Shown here: positions 44,077-56,173 of the stretch, in pieces | Layout of the letters: every line of letters begins with the position of its first letter | How positions within the stretch are numbered: position 1 is the first letter of the stretch | NCBI GenBank assembly: GCA_000091205.1 | Contig: AP006492.2 | Strand: one strand, 5' to 3' | Source of the DNA: Cyanidioschyzon merolae | Taxonomy: Eukaryota | Length of the DNA: 64,000 nucleotides | Notes under the pieces: model-generated | What the model saw: only the letters and a program-made list of their open reading frames with translations | What the model was told of the DNA's origin: nothing | The model's database searches: none | Position numbers and translations under genes: made by a program

Positions 44077-47049
44077 TTAGGGATATTGATGGACATAGCA
44101 GTTCATCACAGGTTCGCACCAAGGCCATGCGACGCTGTCGTACCAGGCGCGCAGCGGATGCGTGGGCGCTACCGAGCCGACCAGTGTGCGCACCACCGCG
44201 CGCAGGGTGCGTATCTCGGCGACAACGAACGCCGGATCGAGTCTGCCTGCGCAGCGCTCCACAGCAGCGATGTAGTGGTGCACGTGCAGCACGATTTGGC
44301 GCACGCAGCGGAACGAGCGCGCCTTCATGAGGAAGCACCCGTACAGAGAGGCATCGAGGAACTCGTTCAGCGCACGGATGAGCTCATCGACAGAGCTGGT
44401 TCGATTTTCTCGCGGTGATTGCTCGTGCGAGTTCTTCGCGGCGTGTCGAAATGAGTTCCCCAGTTCGTCGAGCGTCTGCTGCCAGCGCATCCACTGGGTT
44501 TCGATGGTAGTCCAGGTCATCGCATAGAGCAGCGCATGGATCGTTTGCTGTAGCAGCGAGCAGTACAGAGGAGAGAGGATTGCGGCGTGCCGTGTTTCGC
44601 CCGTGAACTTGTGGCATACGGTTCTGGCGCGCTGTAGCTGTAATCGAATGCTGCCCAGGCGTCGTAAACAGAGATGTAAGCTGGATAGCTGGCGAAAGAG
44701 CAGCTGGAATTTGGTTATGACTCGGCGGTTGAGAATCACGCTGTACGGCCAATTCGCGTGATAGTCGAGTGACACAGCGTCTATGATGCAAAGCTGAGCA
44801 TCCCGCGTTCGCGTGGGATGCGCGAGGCTCGCAAGTTCAGCGGCCTCGGCAGACGACCACGGTGCTGCGGCACTACTCACCGCAAGGACACGCAGCAGCT
44901 GACTCGATAGCGAATACGGCAAGAAAGATATGGAAAAATGCCCTACGAGCGATTTTGGCTCCGTATTTTGTAACCTGAAGCCAGCGCCGAGGGCACGGTC
45001 GAATGCCGTTCGAACGGATTCAGCGGAAGGCGTGGATGCGAGGACCTCTGCGACGGCTCCCTGTCCGGCTAGGATTTCGCCGGGCACGCCACTGAGAACG
45101 TCATCTAGAAAATCTACTCGACCCAAAAGGAAGCAGTTTTTGAACTGCGTTAAAGTCGCCATGAGGTTTCCATCGAGAATCAGGGCCCTGACCAGAGATT
45201 TCGAGGCAGTCGCGAGCGCATTCGTGATGCGAAGCGTCATGCACTGTAGTGATTGCGGCCCCGTGGTGCCGCTGGCGTCCCGACATGACCCCGCCTCAGG
45301 TGCTACTTGCATGGGAATCGCCACCGGAGGGCGTTCCCCAGGGACGGCCTGCTGCATCACCTCCAAGCTTTGGGAGGCGAATTGATACTTGCCAGCGAGC
45401 AGGATCGGAGTCCCGACTTGTTGCAACATATTCGGCAGGTGCGAGGCTCGGAGGGTGTATCCACTCTCCCAGAAGGCAGCATTGAAGTCATCTGCGAGGC
45501 GCTCTCCAATTTGCGTCGTATCTCGTTGCACGCAGAATTCGTCGAACGGATCCGATAAGACTCCATGATCGAGCCACTGCTCTAGCATTGCCCAAAATGG
45601 CTGGAATGCTGCCCAGAACAGCTCCTCCTTCAGAGCTTTTGGGTCATCAAGCGAAGCTTCCACAGCATTATGAACGCCCCATCGCACTTGCGCTGGATCA
45701 ATGAGGTCATACAACGCGCAGAGTAGTGCCCCGCCGCCTTGTTTGCGAACCCGTTCGGCAAGGCACATCGAGGAAATCGCAAGAACTGCACCCTGAATCG
45801 GTTGAAGCTGGATCCAGAGTCTCTGAATAGTCAGCGGTGGTTCCTGTTTGAGCTGCTCGGGCACTTCGGCGCTTGGGCTCGTTGACCCTGTCCATCCCCA
45901 GTGGTCCAGAAACAGGGCGTCGTATCGGCGGAGGAGTCGCTTGAGCGCCGCTCCCAGCGCTTGGCGCACCATTCCTTGGTTATAAAACGAGCATGTTTCG
46001 GCAAAATCGCGTACAATACAAAGCGCTCCGGCGATATCAAGAATGCTTTGAACGAGCGCATGCGTGGCTGTGGGCAGCGGCACGCCGTATACCACGCGCC
46101 GAAGATGGAAGCGAACGCCACAGGACTGGCCGTGTCCCACCAAGGACACCGTGGCAACTTCCTTGGTACTCGGCGGGTACCCGAGCAAAGCGAACTGGAG
46201 GTCCCGCAGAAGCTGGCGTTCCACTTGCATCCAGCAGGGATTCGCTGAATGGTGCGTATCTGGCTGGAGCACGCTCGCCGGATCAGCGAGTAGCATCCGA
46301 AACGAGCCGTCGACATACGGGCGGTCGATACGCCACGAAGGTTCAAGCGAGATCAGCTGCTGACGGAACCGTCGCCAGCGCTGCCACGTCCGCAACTGTG
46401 GCCCGCGACCTGTTAACGCCAGGAAGCGCCCAAGTTCGGCGTCGTCCTGGGCGGCCGGTGCCTGTCGCCCGCCGCACACAGGCCGAGCATAGCCCTTAGT
46501 ATCAGTTTCGCTGTGCGCAGTCGCTGACTTGCGTGGTATAGTCTGGGACGCAGGAACGGCACCTGCCGGTCTGAGCGACTGCTGCGTCGCGTTCACTTTA
46601 AACCTGACGGTGCTTCGTGCATCTGCAGCACTGCCTGCCAGTTTCTCACCGCGAATCTCGTTACCTGAACGAAGTACTTTTTGGATTTTAAAGCACAGTT
46701 CATCAGAGACTAGGGGCAACGCCGCTGTTGACTGCCTCGTCTCCGCGCACGTCATACCCGTCGGCAAGAGCGTCACCTTTGAGGTGCGATAGCGAAAGCG
46801 TTCGGGCGGGTGAATATGAGTTTGCTTGCTTGGCTGCCTGTCTGGCTTGCCTGCGCGCGGAAACTCATCGGCGGCAATGCGATCCCCTGGGAATTTGAAT
46901 CGAATCGAGTCCTCCAAGCGGGCGTCCGCTTTGGGCATGTATTCTACGGTGGCCCCGTACCCGTATTGCCGACAGATAGGTAGAGGTCCGGTAACTCGGA
47001 CGTAAATACGCGAGTTTGGGTCGCTTCCCGTGATCCTCGACCCTAGCAT
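44077..47049 (-). CDS. gamma-tubulin complex component (Spc97/Spc98/GCP family)
   Basis: The overall pattern of GRIP-type conserved blocks includes 'ERQLLRDLQFALLGYP', 'SILDIAGALCIVRDFAETCS', 'EQWLDHGVLSDPFDEFCVQRD' and 'LLAGKYQFASQSLEVM'. The N-terminal ~100 codons of the ORF may be upstream read-through, so the true start is uncertain. Confidence 0.65.
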   Translation of the reverse strand: MLGSRITGSDPNSRIYVRVTGPLPICRQYGYGATVEYMPKADARLEDSIRFKFPGDRIAADEFPRAGKPDRQPSKQTHIHPPERFRYRTSKVTLLPTGMTCAETRQSTAALPLVSDELCFKIQKVLRSGNEIRGEKLAGSAADARSTVRFKVNATQQSLRPAGAVPASQTIPRKSATAHSETDTKGYARPVCGGRQAPAAQDDAELGRFLALTGRGPQLRTWQRWRRFRQQLISLEPSWRIDRPYVDGSFRMLLADPASVLQPDTHHSANPCWMQVERQLLRDLQFALLGYPPSTKEVATVSLVGHGQSCGVRFHLRRVVYGVPLPTATHALVQSILDIAGALCIVRDFAETCSFYNQGMVRQALGAALKRLLRRYDALFLDHWGWTGSTSPSAEVPEQLKQEPPLTIQRLWIQLQPIQGAVLAISSMCLAERVRKQGGGALLCALYDLIDPAQVRWGVHNAVEASLDDPKALKEELFWAAFQPFWAMLEQWLDHGVLSDPFDEFCVQRDTTQIGERLADDFNAAFWESGYTLRASHLPNMLQQVGTPILLAGKYQFASQSLEVMQQAVPGERPPVAIPMQVAPEAGSCRDASGTTGPQSLQCMTLRITNALATASKSLVRALILDGNLMATLTQFKNCFLLGRVDFLDDVLSGVPGEILAGQGAVAEVLASTPSAESVRTAFDRALGAGFRLQNTEPKSLVGHFSISFLPYSLSSQLLRVLAVSSAAAPWSSAEAAELASLAHPTRTRDAQLCIIDAVSLDYHANWPYSVILNRRVITKFQLLFRQLSSLHLCLRRLGSIRLQLQRARTVCHKFTGETRHAAILSPLYCSLLQQTIHALLYAMTWTTIETQWMRWQQTLDELGNSFRHAAKNSHEQSPRENRTSSVDELIRALNEFLDASLYGCFLMKARSFRCVRQIVLHVHHYIAAVERCAGRLDPAFVVAEIRTLRAVVRTLVGSVAPTHPLRAWYDSVAWPWCEPVMNCYVHQYP

Positions 47050-47994
47050 TTGTGGGCCCCTTTCGCCACTGCTTATCTTCTATCATGTCCCAGGTTTGAA
47101 ATGCGCCAGTCTAAATTTTTTTGGTACCAGCCCCGTTACTATCCGCGGAAGGATACGAAAAGCAGCGCTATGGTCTGGATTTCGCTGCTTCTGGCTGTTG
47201 GCGACGCACTTCGTGCTCAGGCTAAAGTCGCAATCGGTGCTGCGCTTGCCATTTTTTTCATCTTTGGTGTGCACAACCGCATGGTGCAATTCGCAGCAAT
47301 GGCCTGGCTACAATCAGGTGCTTCATGATGTCCACGATACAGCTTCGTCCTCAGCGGGCTACACTGTGGCGCTTGATCGCTCGGTAGATGCGCTTCACGA
47401 CTACAGAAGGCTCGCTTTGATGCCCTCGTCTGCTTACGCACTCGGCGCCGTATCCTACGACCACGGGGATCTTCCAGGCGATCCACTGTGTGCGTACGCT
47501 GTTCAGTGCAGGTGCGAGTGCGCGCTGTTCCCTTCGATGGATGATTCGTGGAATGCGAGGTTGTTCATGATGCAACAAGTACAGAAAGCATATTCCAAGC
47601 CAGACATCTACTCGAGAGATTTCGGTCCGTCTATGCTCCCTGTGTGCATCATGTGACGGACTCTACCCTGGAAGGAATCGTTACGATTGCTAAAGTCCGA
47701 GCCCCAGACCCCTTTTTTTTACAGGAAGAAGAAATGGAAGCTTCTGGGGCCGTATCCTGTCAGAGGTGTCATGCAGCTGTGGAATGCCATTTCGTCAATA
47801 ACCATAAAGAGAGGACGGTTTATGTTTCGAACCGAATCGATTGTTTGACATGACAAATTTAATAAGCGTTCGGCATGAGCATGTGCACGAATCATCATCA
47901 CTATGGGACGACATATCGATTTCTGATCTCCTCGTCAATCCAGCGGTGCGTTTTTCTGTGCAACGAGTTGCCCCGAAACAGAAAGATCTGAATG

Positions 47995-48310
47995 TGGGAG
48001 AATGCGTGATTTGAGCTTGATGGAGAAAACGAAAAAGGATTGGATGCTAGTACGTATGGATATGATCATTGTATCGGTTATTTTTTACGGATTCTTGTTC
48101 GATCGCGTCTCGAATCATCTTGATGACAGTGAGCGAACGATTCTCCTCGGCCAAGTGACGACGGAGCCATTCCGCACTGACGACTGTGAATCCTAGAACG
48201 ATGCATAAATCCACAAACCCATATTGCCGAATTTAGCATGTCGAGGCGCTACGTCGATAAAAAGTTCGGGAAAAGAATCCAAAAGCAGGATCAGGGCGAA
48301 CACTTCAGTG
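47995..48310 (+). repeat. partial copy of the family-2 3' module
   Basis: 'agaatgcgtgatttgagc' at 47999 matches the signature at 21336, 33368 and 37068. The trailing 'aaaagcaggat' motif is also present at 37340. Confidence 0.35.
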
Positions 48311-48968
48311 TTCGATTTTTGGTCTGACACTGATGTAGGCCGGCCGCATCGCGCTTGAAAGCGAGCATGCGATGCTCCGCAGACATATGCAGCGTGACTT
48401 GGAGCTTGCAAAGCTGCGACCTGCAGGTAGCAGTGACTGGCCACATACCGCCTATGTACCACTGTGCGGTCGATGCATCTAATCTGAATCCTTCCGACGC
48501 GCGACATCCCAACGTCCATACAGGGCGTGCGGTGTGTCGAGCCCACAGCGCATGCACGTCACCCAGCGTAGCGCAATACACACGGCACACGATTGGTCTC
48601 GTCGATACCAGAGAGTCGTCAACAACTGATGTCAATTTCGCTCACCAGGCTCCTCTGAGTCGCTTGGTCAAAGCGACCTACCTCCACATCCAACCAGACA
48701 CTACCGCTCGTCTGACCAAGAGCAGATGAACACAACGCCAGGGTTGTGACGCGTGAGGCTCCACAACCACCATACCGATACGCCATCCCTTTCCTCAACG
48801 CTTCTATGCTTGCGTTTTGCTGTACTACAGTTGGAGGTACCGAATCTTGATCTCGCGCGTATCAACACCTAGCAGGGTGCCCAGTGCGCAACGCGAGGGT
48901 GTTCGCGAGGCGACCCACCAGGATATCACGTCTCGCAGCGTCATCGTGGTCGTCGCTCTGCACGGCGC

Positions 48969-50039
48969 TCACGGACACTTGCATTGGTCGGCCGCACAAG
49001 ACTCAGTGCAACTCGTCTGATCGCTTGCACTGAAAACGCTTCGCGTCGCATGACGATGTGTAGCTTCCTTTCCAGTGCCTCGACGAAGGTGTTCCAGCAA
49101 GATACATGCCTTGCAGATTACTTGACTGCTCACATAGCCACAACGCGCGCATTGTTTCACAGCGGTTACAGTACCTACAGCAGAAACACCATCCGCATGT
49201 CTGCTGAGCGCCTGAGCCGCTGTCAGCGTGTCTATGATTGCCCGTGGGCGAAGCGCTTCGAGTTCCTTCACAAGGTCGCGTGCGAACGCCCGGAATGCGT
49301 TTGGAGCGTAAACACACTCCGTGGCGAAGTAGTCCAGCCGTTTCCAATACGCATACATAACAATCTCCTTCTCATACATATACAGGAGTGGCTTCACCCG
49401 GGGCAGCCAGTGCACCGTCTCGTCGGGCGACGTGCCGCCGTTCGCTAGCGCACCCGTCATGACGTCCGCGCTGTGGCGCAAACGCGCTGAATCGCCTCGA
49501 ACGAGGTTCAGAAATACCGTCTCCGCCATATCGTCCGCGTTGTGGCCGGTTGCGAGTTTGTTCGCTCGAATGTGTCGCGCTCCGCGTTCCAGCGCCTGAC
49601 GACGGAAAACGCCGCAAAACGTGCAGTTGTTCGTTCGACCTATCTGCGAAACAACACGGTCCATGGTCCAACCATCGTACAGCTCGTCGTAGGAAAGTGA
49701 TACGAGGGGAAGTCCCAAGGCTGAACTGTTACGTTTCACAGCTGCGAGAGAAGCGTCACGATACCCGTGAATACCCTCATCGATGGCGAGCAGCACGAGC
49801 TCTAGACCGTACTGGTGACGCTCGTTGAGCTCTTTTAAGACATGCGCAAGTACGACTGAGTCCTTCCCTCCAGAGATAGCGATCGCAATACGTTCACCAA
49901 CCTGAAAGAGATCGTGGTGCACAATGGTCTCGTGTACCTCTCGTTCGAACTCCGCGAAGAAGCACGCCTTGCACAAACGGTGACGGTCTCGCAGCCGCTG
50001 GATTTGAGCCTTGCCACCCCGACAGCGATCACAAACCAT
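48969..50039 (-). CDS. CTU1: cytoplasmic tRNA 2-thiolation protein 1 (CTU1/NCS6, PP-loop ATPase)
   Basis: '[25 protein letters not shown]', PP-loop '[16 protein letters not shown]', '[13 protein letters not shown]', '[17 protein letters not shown]', '[20 protein letters not shown]'. ATG at 50039 precedes the Zn-finger; the ORF track starts at 50141. Confidence 0.9.
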   Translation of the reverse strand: MVCDRCRGGKAQIQRLRDRHRLCKACFFAEFEREVHETIVHHDLFQVGERIAIAISGGKDSVVLAHVLKELNERHQYGLELVLLAIDEGIHGYRDASLAAVKRNSSALGLPLVSLSYDELYDGWTMDRVVSQIGRTNNCTFCGVFRRQALERGARHIRANKLATGHNADDMAETVFLNLVRGDSARLRHSADVMTGALANGGTSPDETVHWLPRVKPLLYMYEKEIVMYAYWKRLDYFATECVYAPNAFRAFARDLVKELEALRPRAIIDTLTAAQALSRHADGVSAVGTVTAVKQCARCGYVSSQVICKACILLEHLRRGTGKEATHRHATRSVFSASDQTSCTESCAADQCKCP

Positions 50040-50552
50040 GCACTTTCTCTTCTGGTTAGCACATGAGATGCGCACTGCTTCTACCACGGTGTCTAGTGCA
50101 GTGCAGGAGGACGCTCTGGTAGCAAGTATGAGGTGCAGCACGCCGAAGTCCGCGGCTACAACGATCGTCGCTCGTGGGATCGCCGAGTTCGTATGCAGAG
50201 ACGTCTGCGAAAAAAGCCCTGCTTGCGAGCGTTTTGGTATGCATTCCTGTATATATGGCTCTAGATACCTCTATATTCCTGTGTTGATGTATTCCAGCAT
50301 GTATGCTTGTATGAATGCCAGCATGACTTTATGACTACCTGTGTGGATGTCGTCCTGTATGTCTTCCTGTTTGCACGCCGGCTTATTGCAAGCCATACCT
50401 CGTCGACGTCGATGCCCATAAAGTCTTTCTGCTCAGTTTTGTTCCACCTCGCAGAGAGTAATCGAACGATTGTTCGAAGTGTATAGCTGGAACTCGAAAT
50501 CACCATGCCAAGTACTTTATAGATCGGAGAAGCATTGCCTGCAGGATGCGTT

Positions 50553-51790
50553 CTTTACTGAACAGTGCAAGAAGGACTGCATTCCTCCTTCAGGTCAGTC
50601 GTACAACAGTGCTCAGATGCCTGAGGAACAATCAAAGAAACAAGGAGATGCATTCCGCGTAAAAAACCGATATTTTTCAACACTGCTTGCGGTCAGTGGT
50701 AGAAACCGACCCATCGATCGCCTTATGGAAAGCAAAAAAGACGATTGGAGTCGCCACGGGTGTCGCTGTTTCCCAACAGCTTGTTCGTGTGGTCTTGAAA
50801 TCTCTGGGATACAGTCGCTTCGGAAAATTCGGTAGGCGCGTGTATGGGTACTTGCGGAGAAGGGCGCCCATTGTATGTAAAATCGAACTCGGAGCGAACG
50901 ACGACATCATCCTCTGTCCAAGCTCGAGGGGATTCATTTGACGGCCGCAGTCTCGCTCCTGGAGAGGGCACACACAAGAGCGTCAAGCACTTCGTCGAAC
51001 CATTGAAGACTATTCCCTGACTTTTGGGGACTTTCTTCCACTAGACAACCCGGTATTTCACCGTTCTGCTTGCGTTCGGGCTTTTGCCGATTGTATACGG
51101 GTACAGCTGCTTTTCATTCCGACGTGCACCCAGCGGTTCAACCCTTTCGAAGGAGTGTTTTCGATCGTGGTACGATAATGATCGTTCCACTGGGCGAATG
51201 ACTGAAGCGTCCAGCACATGGTGACACCAGGAGCACATGACGGCTTCTCCCCGCAAGTCCGTCTCATTCCGCGAAGGTCCTCACCTAAAGGATAAACAAG
51301 CACATTCATTTCCAAGCGATAAAAAATCCACGTGATGAACTCGGATGCACTCTTCAGAAGATCGACATGGAAAAGTGCCAGCGGAGCGCTTGGGTGATAG
51401 AAAAGTTCGGCAAGCTGACAGCGCAGCAAATGGCGCAGAGGGCACGGGATCCAGTACTCCCTGCACTGGAGCGTTCAAAGAGCGTCAAGAAACGCACAGA
51501 GCTCTTGAACCGGCACCTTCACGCCGCCATCCATATCAGAGGATATGCGGTGCGAGAGACGAGACACGAGCCGCTGACGCTGCCCGATTCTGTTCTGGGG
51601 CAGCGTCCCAGACTCGACGTGAGCCTGGATCAAAACCGAAACCGATAGGAGTCGGCTGGTCCAACGACGCTGGGAGGCATCTGCGCGTTTTCAGACATCT
51701 ATCCAGCCTGAACAGTTGTGGAGCGTTTTTCGTTTTACGAATCGTGCACGCATCCGGAGCGTGTGCGCTGGGCAACAACGAGACTCGCGA
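50553..51790 (+). mobile_element. second, more diverged and internally deleted copy of the Tc1/mariner-like composite element
   Basis: The 5' end 'ctttactgaacagtgcaag...' matches 31306. The ORF 50687-50941 gives 'SIALWKAKKTIGVATGVAVSQQLVRVVLKSLGYSR', homologous to 31439-31690. The DDE tail 'RVQLLFIPTCTQRFNPFEG' is at ~51100. Positions 51525-51690 are homologous to 32470-32650. Confidence 0.55.
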
Positions 51791-51908
51791 GAGCACATAC
51801 GTCACTGGCGTTGTCGGGCTTTCGTCTCACTGGTATCGTCGGTGCTTGTGTCGCGAATTGAGTAATTTGAAGTTGGGGCTACATATCACAGCACACGACT
51901 GGCCATGA

Positions 51909-54900
51909 GTGGCTATGAGTGAACGCCTGCGGCTCTTGGGACGGCGAGTCACGCTTATGGATGTTCTTGTACAGTTCACGTCACGAGGAAGAGTACCACC
52001 AGCTGCGATTAACACTGTACGTAGAAAAGTGGCGCATCTGGGAACTTTGGCTTTAGAGTACATTGGAGATCAGGTAGCTCGAACAAAGCGCTGGTTGCGA
52101 TTGTCGGAGTCGCTTCGTGATCCAGCGCAGCCGTCCTGCGCCGGATCACGGGTGTGGCCCTCACAGGGCTCCACAAGTACTACGGAAACGATATATGCTG
52201 AGCACGCACGCTTACGGCTGATTCAGGACTCAAAGTTCGCAGCATCCGGAACCACAGCGAACCGAGGCACGGCCCTGACTGGGAGCCGGCTTGCACGACT
52301 TGAGCGTACACCGACGTCGCAGGTGCGAGTGGCTTCAACGTACGTCGCACGAAACCGGCGCAACGCTCAAGTTGGTGGCCGGTGCTCTCCTCTGGCGAGG
52401 CAGGCGGAATCAACTGGTCTGCTTTACCTGAACCCAACGGTTGCGCGGTGTCGCGTTTTATCCGTGGACGGAGGTGCGGCGTCTCTCGTGAGCGAGGCGG
52501 GTTCAGCAGCGGAGGAGACGCTTCCAGGCACTGGCCGCCAAGTCTCTCAAGCTGATGACTCTTCCTGTGATTTGCGTTGTCCGGAAACACCAGCTTGTGC
52601 GGAAGAGGCGCAGCAGCGAGGACCGGGCCGAGAAGCAAAGCATTTGGCTTCGCCGACCTCCGCTGCACCTCTCGCTCCACAGGGCGAGCGCCTCTCCTCG
52701 GAAAATGTGCGTGAAGCCTCGGCGTGGTCGCGAGCTCCTGAGCGGATAAGTGAGCCAGCATCGCCAGAACTAGGCCTGCGTGGGCATAACGAGGCGCATG
52801 GCCCCGCTGTATGCTCCCTCGGTGGCAACGCTTCCAAGCGATCGACCCCGTCCAAGCCGATCGCCCAAGAGAGTTTGTTTCCGGTTGCGGACGGTCGTCC
52901 GATGCGTTCGAGTCGAGAGCCGGCGCTCATCAAGACAACCGGGGAGCCGTTATCCACGCAGTCGGCGAAAGAGGTTGCCAACGATGAGAAGCTGGACTGG
53001 GTTGAACTCCAGCAGCGTATTGCCAGCGATAGCGGCCTCTATGGCAACCGCCATGCCCTAGGACTAGAGCGCTATCTGAACGCAGCAGAATTAGCCGAGG
53101 CCACCCGTCTCGGTTTACCAGGCACGATGAGATCCTCTGATGGGTACCTTCATGACGAGATGGACTATTTGCGTGAATTCAATCTGGAGGAACGCGCAGT
53201 AGAAGCGGCCGTTGCCCGTTATCGTTCTTTCACGCAAAGTGCTCTAGAGCGCGGTGACATCAACTCGCTGCAACCTAGCCAGCGATTGCTTCTGAGCTGG
53301 TTCTTTCCCGTGACGATGGCGATCCATCAGGAGCAGGAACGTATTCGACGAGGCGAGCTCTCCTACGACGGTAACGTCTGCGGCCCGCATTTGCTCCGGC
53401 TGAAGCCCGAAGTGCTGGCGGTGATTGCACTTCACGAGACGCTGGGGAGGGTTCTGCAGGATCGTGCTGGCGTCGCCTTTATCCGAGTTGCATCTGCTGT
53501 TGGCCGCTCGGTTCAAGCGGAAATCAACTTACAGCGATTGCGGGAGCTTCACTCTGAACAGCGGCATCGTCAGCTTCCACAAGACCGGGCGCTGCGACGC
53601 ACGCTTGCGCTAGCCTCAACGGGAAGTGGTGGCTCACGCGCTGTCGCTGCCATCAACCTCGCTGCGAAGCGCATGGAGCTGGACACCGCCACTTGGGATG
53701 ATTCCGTCACGATCAAAGTTGGCTCGGTGCTCATATCATTCGTCATGAAGCACGCGCTCATTCATATCGACACGCCAACAGGGAAGCAGGCAGTCCAAGC
53801 GTTTCGGCACGGTTACCGCCCGCTGCAACGAGAGCCACGCAAGGTTGGCGTGATTGAGTTGCACAAGTCCGTGTTGAACTTGCTCCTCGCCAACGAGAGC
53901 GACTTGCGAGAGACGATTCTACCACGTTTCCAGCCGATGCTTGTGCCCCCGCGACCTTGGACCGCATACAACAGTGGCGGATATTTGCGCCCTCGTGGCC
54001 TCGTGATGCGTGTACGAGGTTCCAGACTCCAGCTGGAGGCCTTGAAGAAAGGCGATCTGTCCGAGGTCTTCGCCGGCCTGAACGCACTTGGTGCAACTCC
54101 GTGGCGGATAAATCGCCCGGTCCTGGACGTCGTCGAGAAACTGTGGCGCGCTGGCGGTGATATTGCAGGTCTTGTCGCTCGTGCAGACCTGCAGCTGCCG
54201 GCGCTTGCGGAGTCCGTCGTGGACCCTGCTCCAGATGGCAAGGAGTCTGCCGCTTCGACAGAATCACTTTCGCGGGAACAACGGCGAGCCATTTGGCGAA
54301 TACGGAAGACAAACCGCGAGCGGCACGCGCTTCGTTGTGAGCTGCACTATCGCCTAGAGACTGCCCGAGAGTTCGCCGACGTTTCCCGCTTCTACTTGCC
54401 GCATAATCTTGATTTTCGTGGGCGCGCGTACCCGATGCCGTCCCATCTACACCACATGAGTAGCGACGTATGCCGCGGTCTCTTGACGTTTGCTGGACCC
54501 GGTCTCCGGGTTGGTGAGCGGGGACTTTTTTGGATGAAGGTGCACCTGGCAAACCTCTGTGGTATGGACAAGTTGCCTTTCGACGAGCGGGTCGCTTTCG
54601 CCGAATCCGTCATGCCCAAGGTACTGGCGGTTGCCGCTGCGCCGACTGCGGATTCCAACCTAGAATGGTGGGCGCAACAAGAAGATCCGTTTCAGCTGCT
54701 GGCGGCATGTTTTGAGCTTGCAGCTGCAAAGGGCGGGCTGGACCCCGACTATCACAGCACGTTGCCGATTCAGCAGGATGGCTCTTGTAATGGCCTACAA
54801 CACTATGCTGCATTGGGACGCGACGAGCGCGGCGGCTATCAGGTGAATCTGCTGCCCAGCGAGCGCCCACAGGATGTCTATTCTGGAGTCGCTGAGCTCG

Positions 54901-55673
54901 TACGTGAGCGGGTGGCGCATGACGCACGCGAAGGCGTCCCGATCGCTCAACTGCTTCAGGGAAGAATCAGCCGCAAAATCGTGAAACAAACCGTGATGAC
55001 CTCTGTTTACGGAGTAACGCTCATTGGAGCACGCGAGCAGATCCAGAATCGTCTCCGAGAGCTACCGGATTTCCCGGAGGAGAAAACCTGGGAGGCCAGC
55101 TTCTACCTGGCTAAGCAAACGCTTGGCTCTCTGGGCGATATCTTTCGCGGCGCGACGGATACCATGGAATGGCTCGCGGAGTGTGCGCTCCGTGTGGCGA
55201 CCTCTAAGGAGCGAACCAACGCTGTCCGTTGGATAACGCCACTCGGGCTGCCGGTCATCCAGCCTTACCGAAGACGGGAAGCGCGTCTCGTGAACACTGT
55301 TGTCCAGCACGTGCTGCTCGAGGCGCAGAATGACCACTTACCGGTGAGTCGCGCTCGACAGCGAAGCGCGTTCCCTCCGAATTATATCCACTCACTGGAC
55401 TCGACGCACATGCTGATGACGGCGCTGGCCTGCCGACGCGCTGGTCTGCAGTTTGCGGCAGTGCACGATTCGTTTTGGACACATGCAGCCACGGTCGATG
55501 AGATGAACCGCCTGCTTCGCGAATGCTTCGTTAGGCTTCATGCCCGCGATCTTCTGCAGGAGCTTCGCGAACAATTTCAGCTTCGTTTTCCGGACGTTGA
55601 ACTCCCACCGGTACCTCCGAAGGGTACACTGGACCTGAACCAGGTCCTGCTGTCGCCATACTTTTTCGATTAA
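51909..55673 (+). CDS. POLRMT: phage T3/T7-type single-subunit DNA-directed RNA polymerase (mitochondrial RNA polymerase, RpoT/POLRMT)
   Basis: Catalytic-core motifs 'LPIQQDGSCNGLQHYAALGRDE', 'KIVKQTVMTSVYGVTLIGA', 'FPPNYIHSLDSTHMLMTA', 'AAVHDSFWTHAATVDEMNRLLRECF', and a C-terminal '...FFD'. Long low-complexity N-terminal extension. Confidence 0.9.
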   Translation: MAMSERLRLLGRRVTLMDVLVQFTSRGRVPPAAINTVRRKVAHLGTLALEYIGDQVARTKRWLRLSESLRDPAQPSCAGSRVWPSQGSTSTTETIYAEHARLRLIQDSKFAASGTTANRGTALTGSRLARLERTPTSQVRVASTYVARNRRNAQVGGRCSPLARQAESTGLLYLNPTVARCRVLSVDGGAASLVSEAGSAAEETLPGTGRQVSQADDSSCDLRCPETPACAEEAQQRGPGREAKHLASPTSAAPLAPQGERLSSENVREASAWSRAPERISEPASPELGLRGHNEAHGPAVCSLGGNASKRSTPSKPIAQESLFPVADGRPMRSSREPALIKTTGEPLSTQSAKEVANDEKLDWVELQQRIASDSGLYGNRHALGLERYLNAAELAEATRLGLPGTMRSSDGYLHDEMDYLREFNLEERAVEAAVARYRSFTQSALERGDINSLQPSQRLLLSWFFPVTMAIHQEQERIRRGELSYDGNVCGPHLLRLKPEVLAVIALHETLGRVLQDRAGVAFIRVASAVGRSVQAEINLQRLRELHSEQRHRQLPQDRALRRTLALASTGSGGSRAVAAINLAAKRMELDTATWDDSVTIKVGSVLISFVMKHALIHIDTPTGKQAVQAFRHGYRPLQREPRKVGVIELHKSVLNLLLANESDLRETILPRFQPMLVPPRPWTAYNSGGYLRPRGLVMRVRGSRLQLEALKKGDLSEVFAGLNALGATPWRINRPVLDVVEKLWRAGGDIAGLVARADLQLPALAESVVDPAPDGKESAASTESLSREQRRAIWRIRKTNRERHALRCELHYRLETAREFADVSRFYLPHNLDFRGRAYPMPSHLHHMSSDVCRGLLTFAGPGLRVGERGLFWMKVHLANLCGMDKLPFDERVAFAESVMPKVLAVAAAPTADSNLEWWAQQEDPFQLLAACFELAAAKGGLDPDYHSTLPIQQDGSCNGLQHYAALGRDERGGYQVNLLPSERPQDVYSGVAELVRERVAHDAREGVPIAQLLQGRISRKIVKQTVMTSVYGVTLIGAREQIQNRLRELPDFPEEKTWEASFYLAKQTLGSLGDIFRGATDTMEWLAECALRVATSKERTNAVRWITPLGLPVIQPYRRREARLVNTVVQHVLLEAQNDHLPVSRARQRSAFPPNYIHSLDSTHMLMTALACRRAGLQFAAVHDSFWTHAATVDEMNRLLRECFVRLHARDLLQELREQFQLRFPDVELPPVPPKGTLDLNQVLLSPYFFD

Positions 55674-56173
55674 TCCGGGAGCTAGGAACTGTAAATGCAA
55701 TGTTCACGATAGCATTGAACATGCGTCTGCATGCGACGGGCTCTGAAACGACCTGAGAAGACTCCGCCGCCAACGCCAACGCCAACGCCAACAACAACAC
55801 AGTCCGCAATACGCATCCGATCCGAAGGATGCACGCAGCGACTGGTGATGCACGGATGCCTACGCCCGCATGGACACGCATCGGTACCGTGTGCTGTTGG
55901 CGTGACACCTTGTCACGTCACAGGGTCACTGGAGTGCATCATAAAGTCTGTCGGGTGATCCATCTGCCTATTTTGGAAAACAGTAGTCGTGGGACGGTTC
56001 GCGATCCCGGAACGCCTTCTACGAGGCCCGCATGGACATTACGCGGGGCTAGGACTGCACTAGTTTTGTTTCTGCGAGGGGCAGCTGTTGCAGACACTGT
56101 CCGCGTGTCGGAGGCGATATAGACACCAGACTCATTTAGAACCAGCATTTCGGTATGCAGCGAAGCGTTTGCG

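Noticed and set aside
53758-54552. Long antisense ORFs inside confirmed genes (e.g. 264 aa opposite POLRMT, 35165-35449 opposite GAPDH, 26580-27449 opposite the 1048-aa ORF, 10092-10589 opposite LCB2, 42304-42771 opposite TIM44)
   Set aside because: High GC suppresses stop codons on the antisense strand. These are Arg/Ala/Pro-rich without motifs, and each overlaps a sense-strand gene with strong homology signatures.
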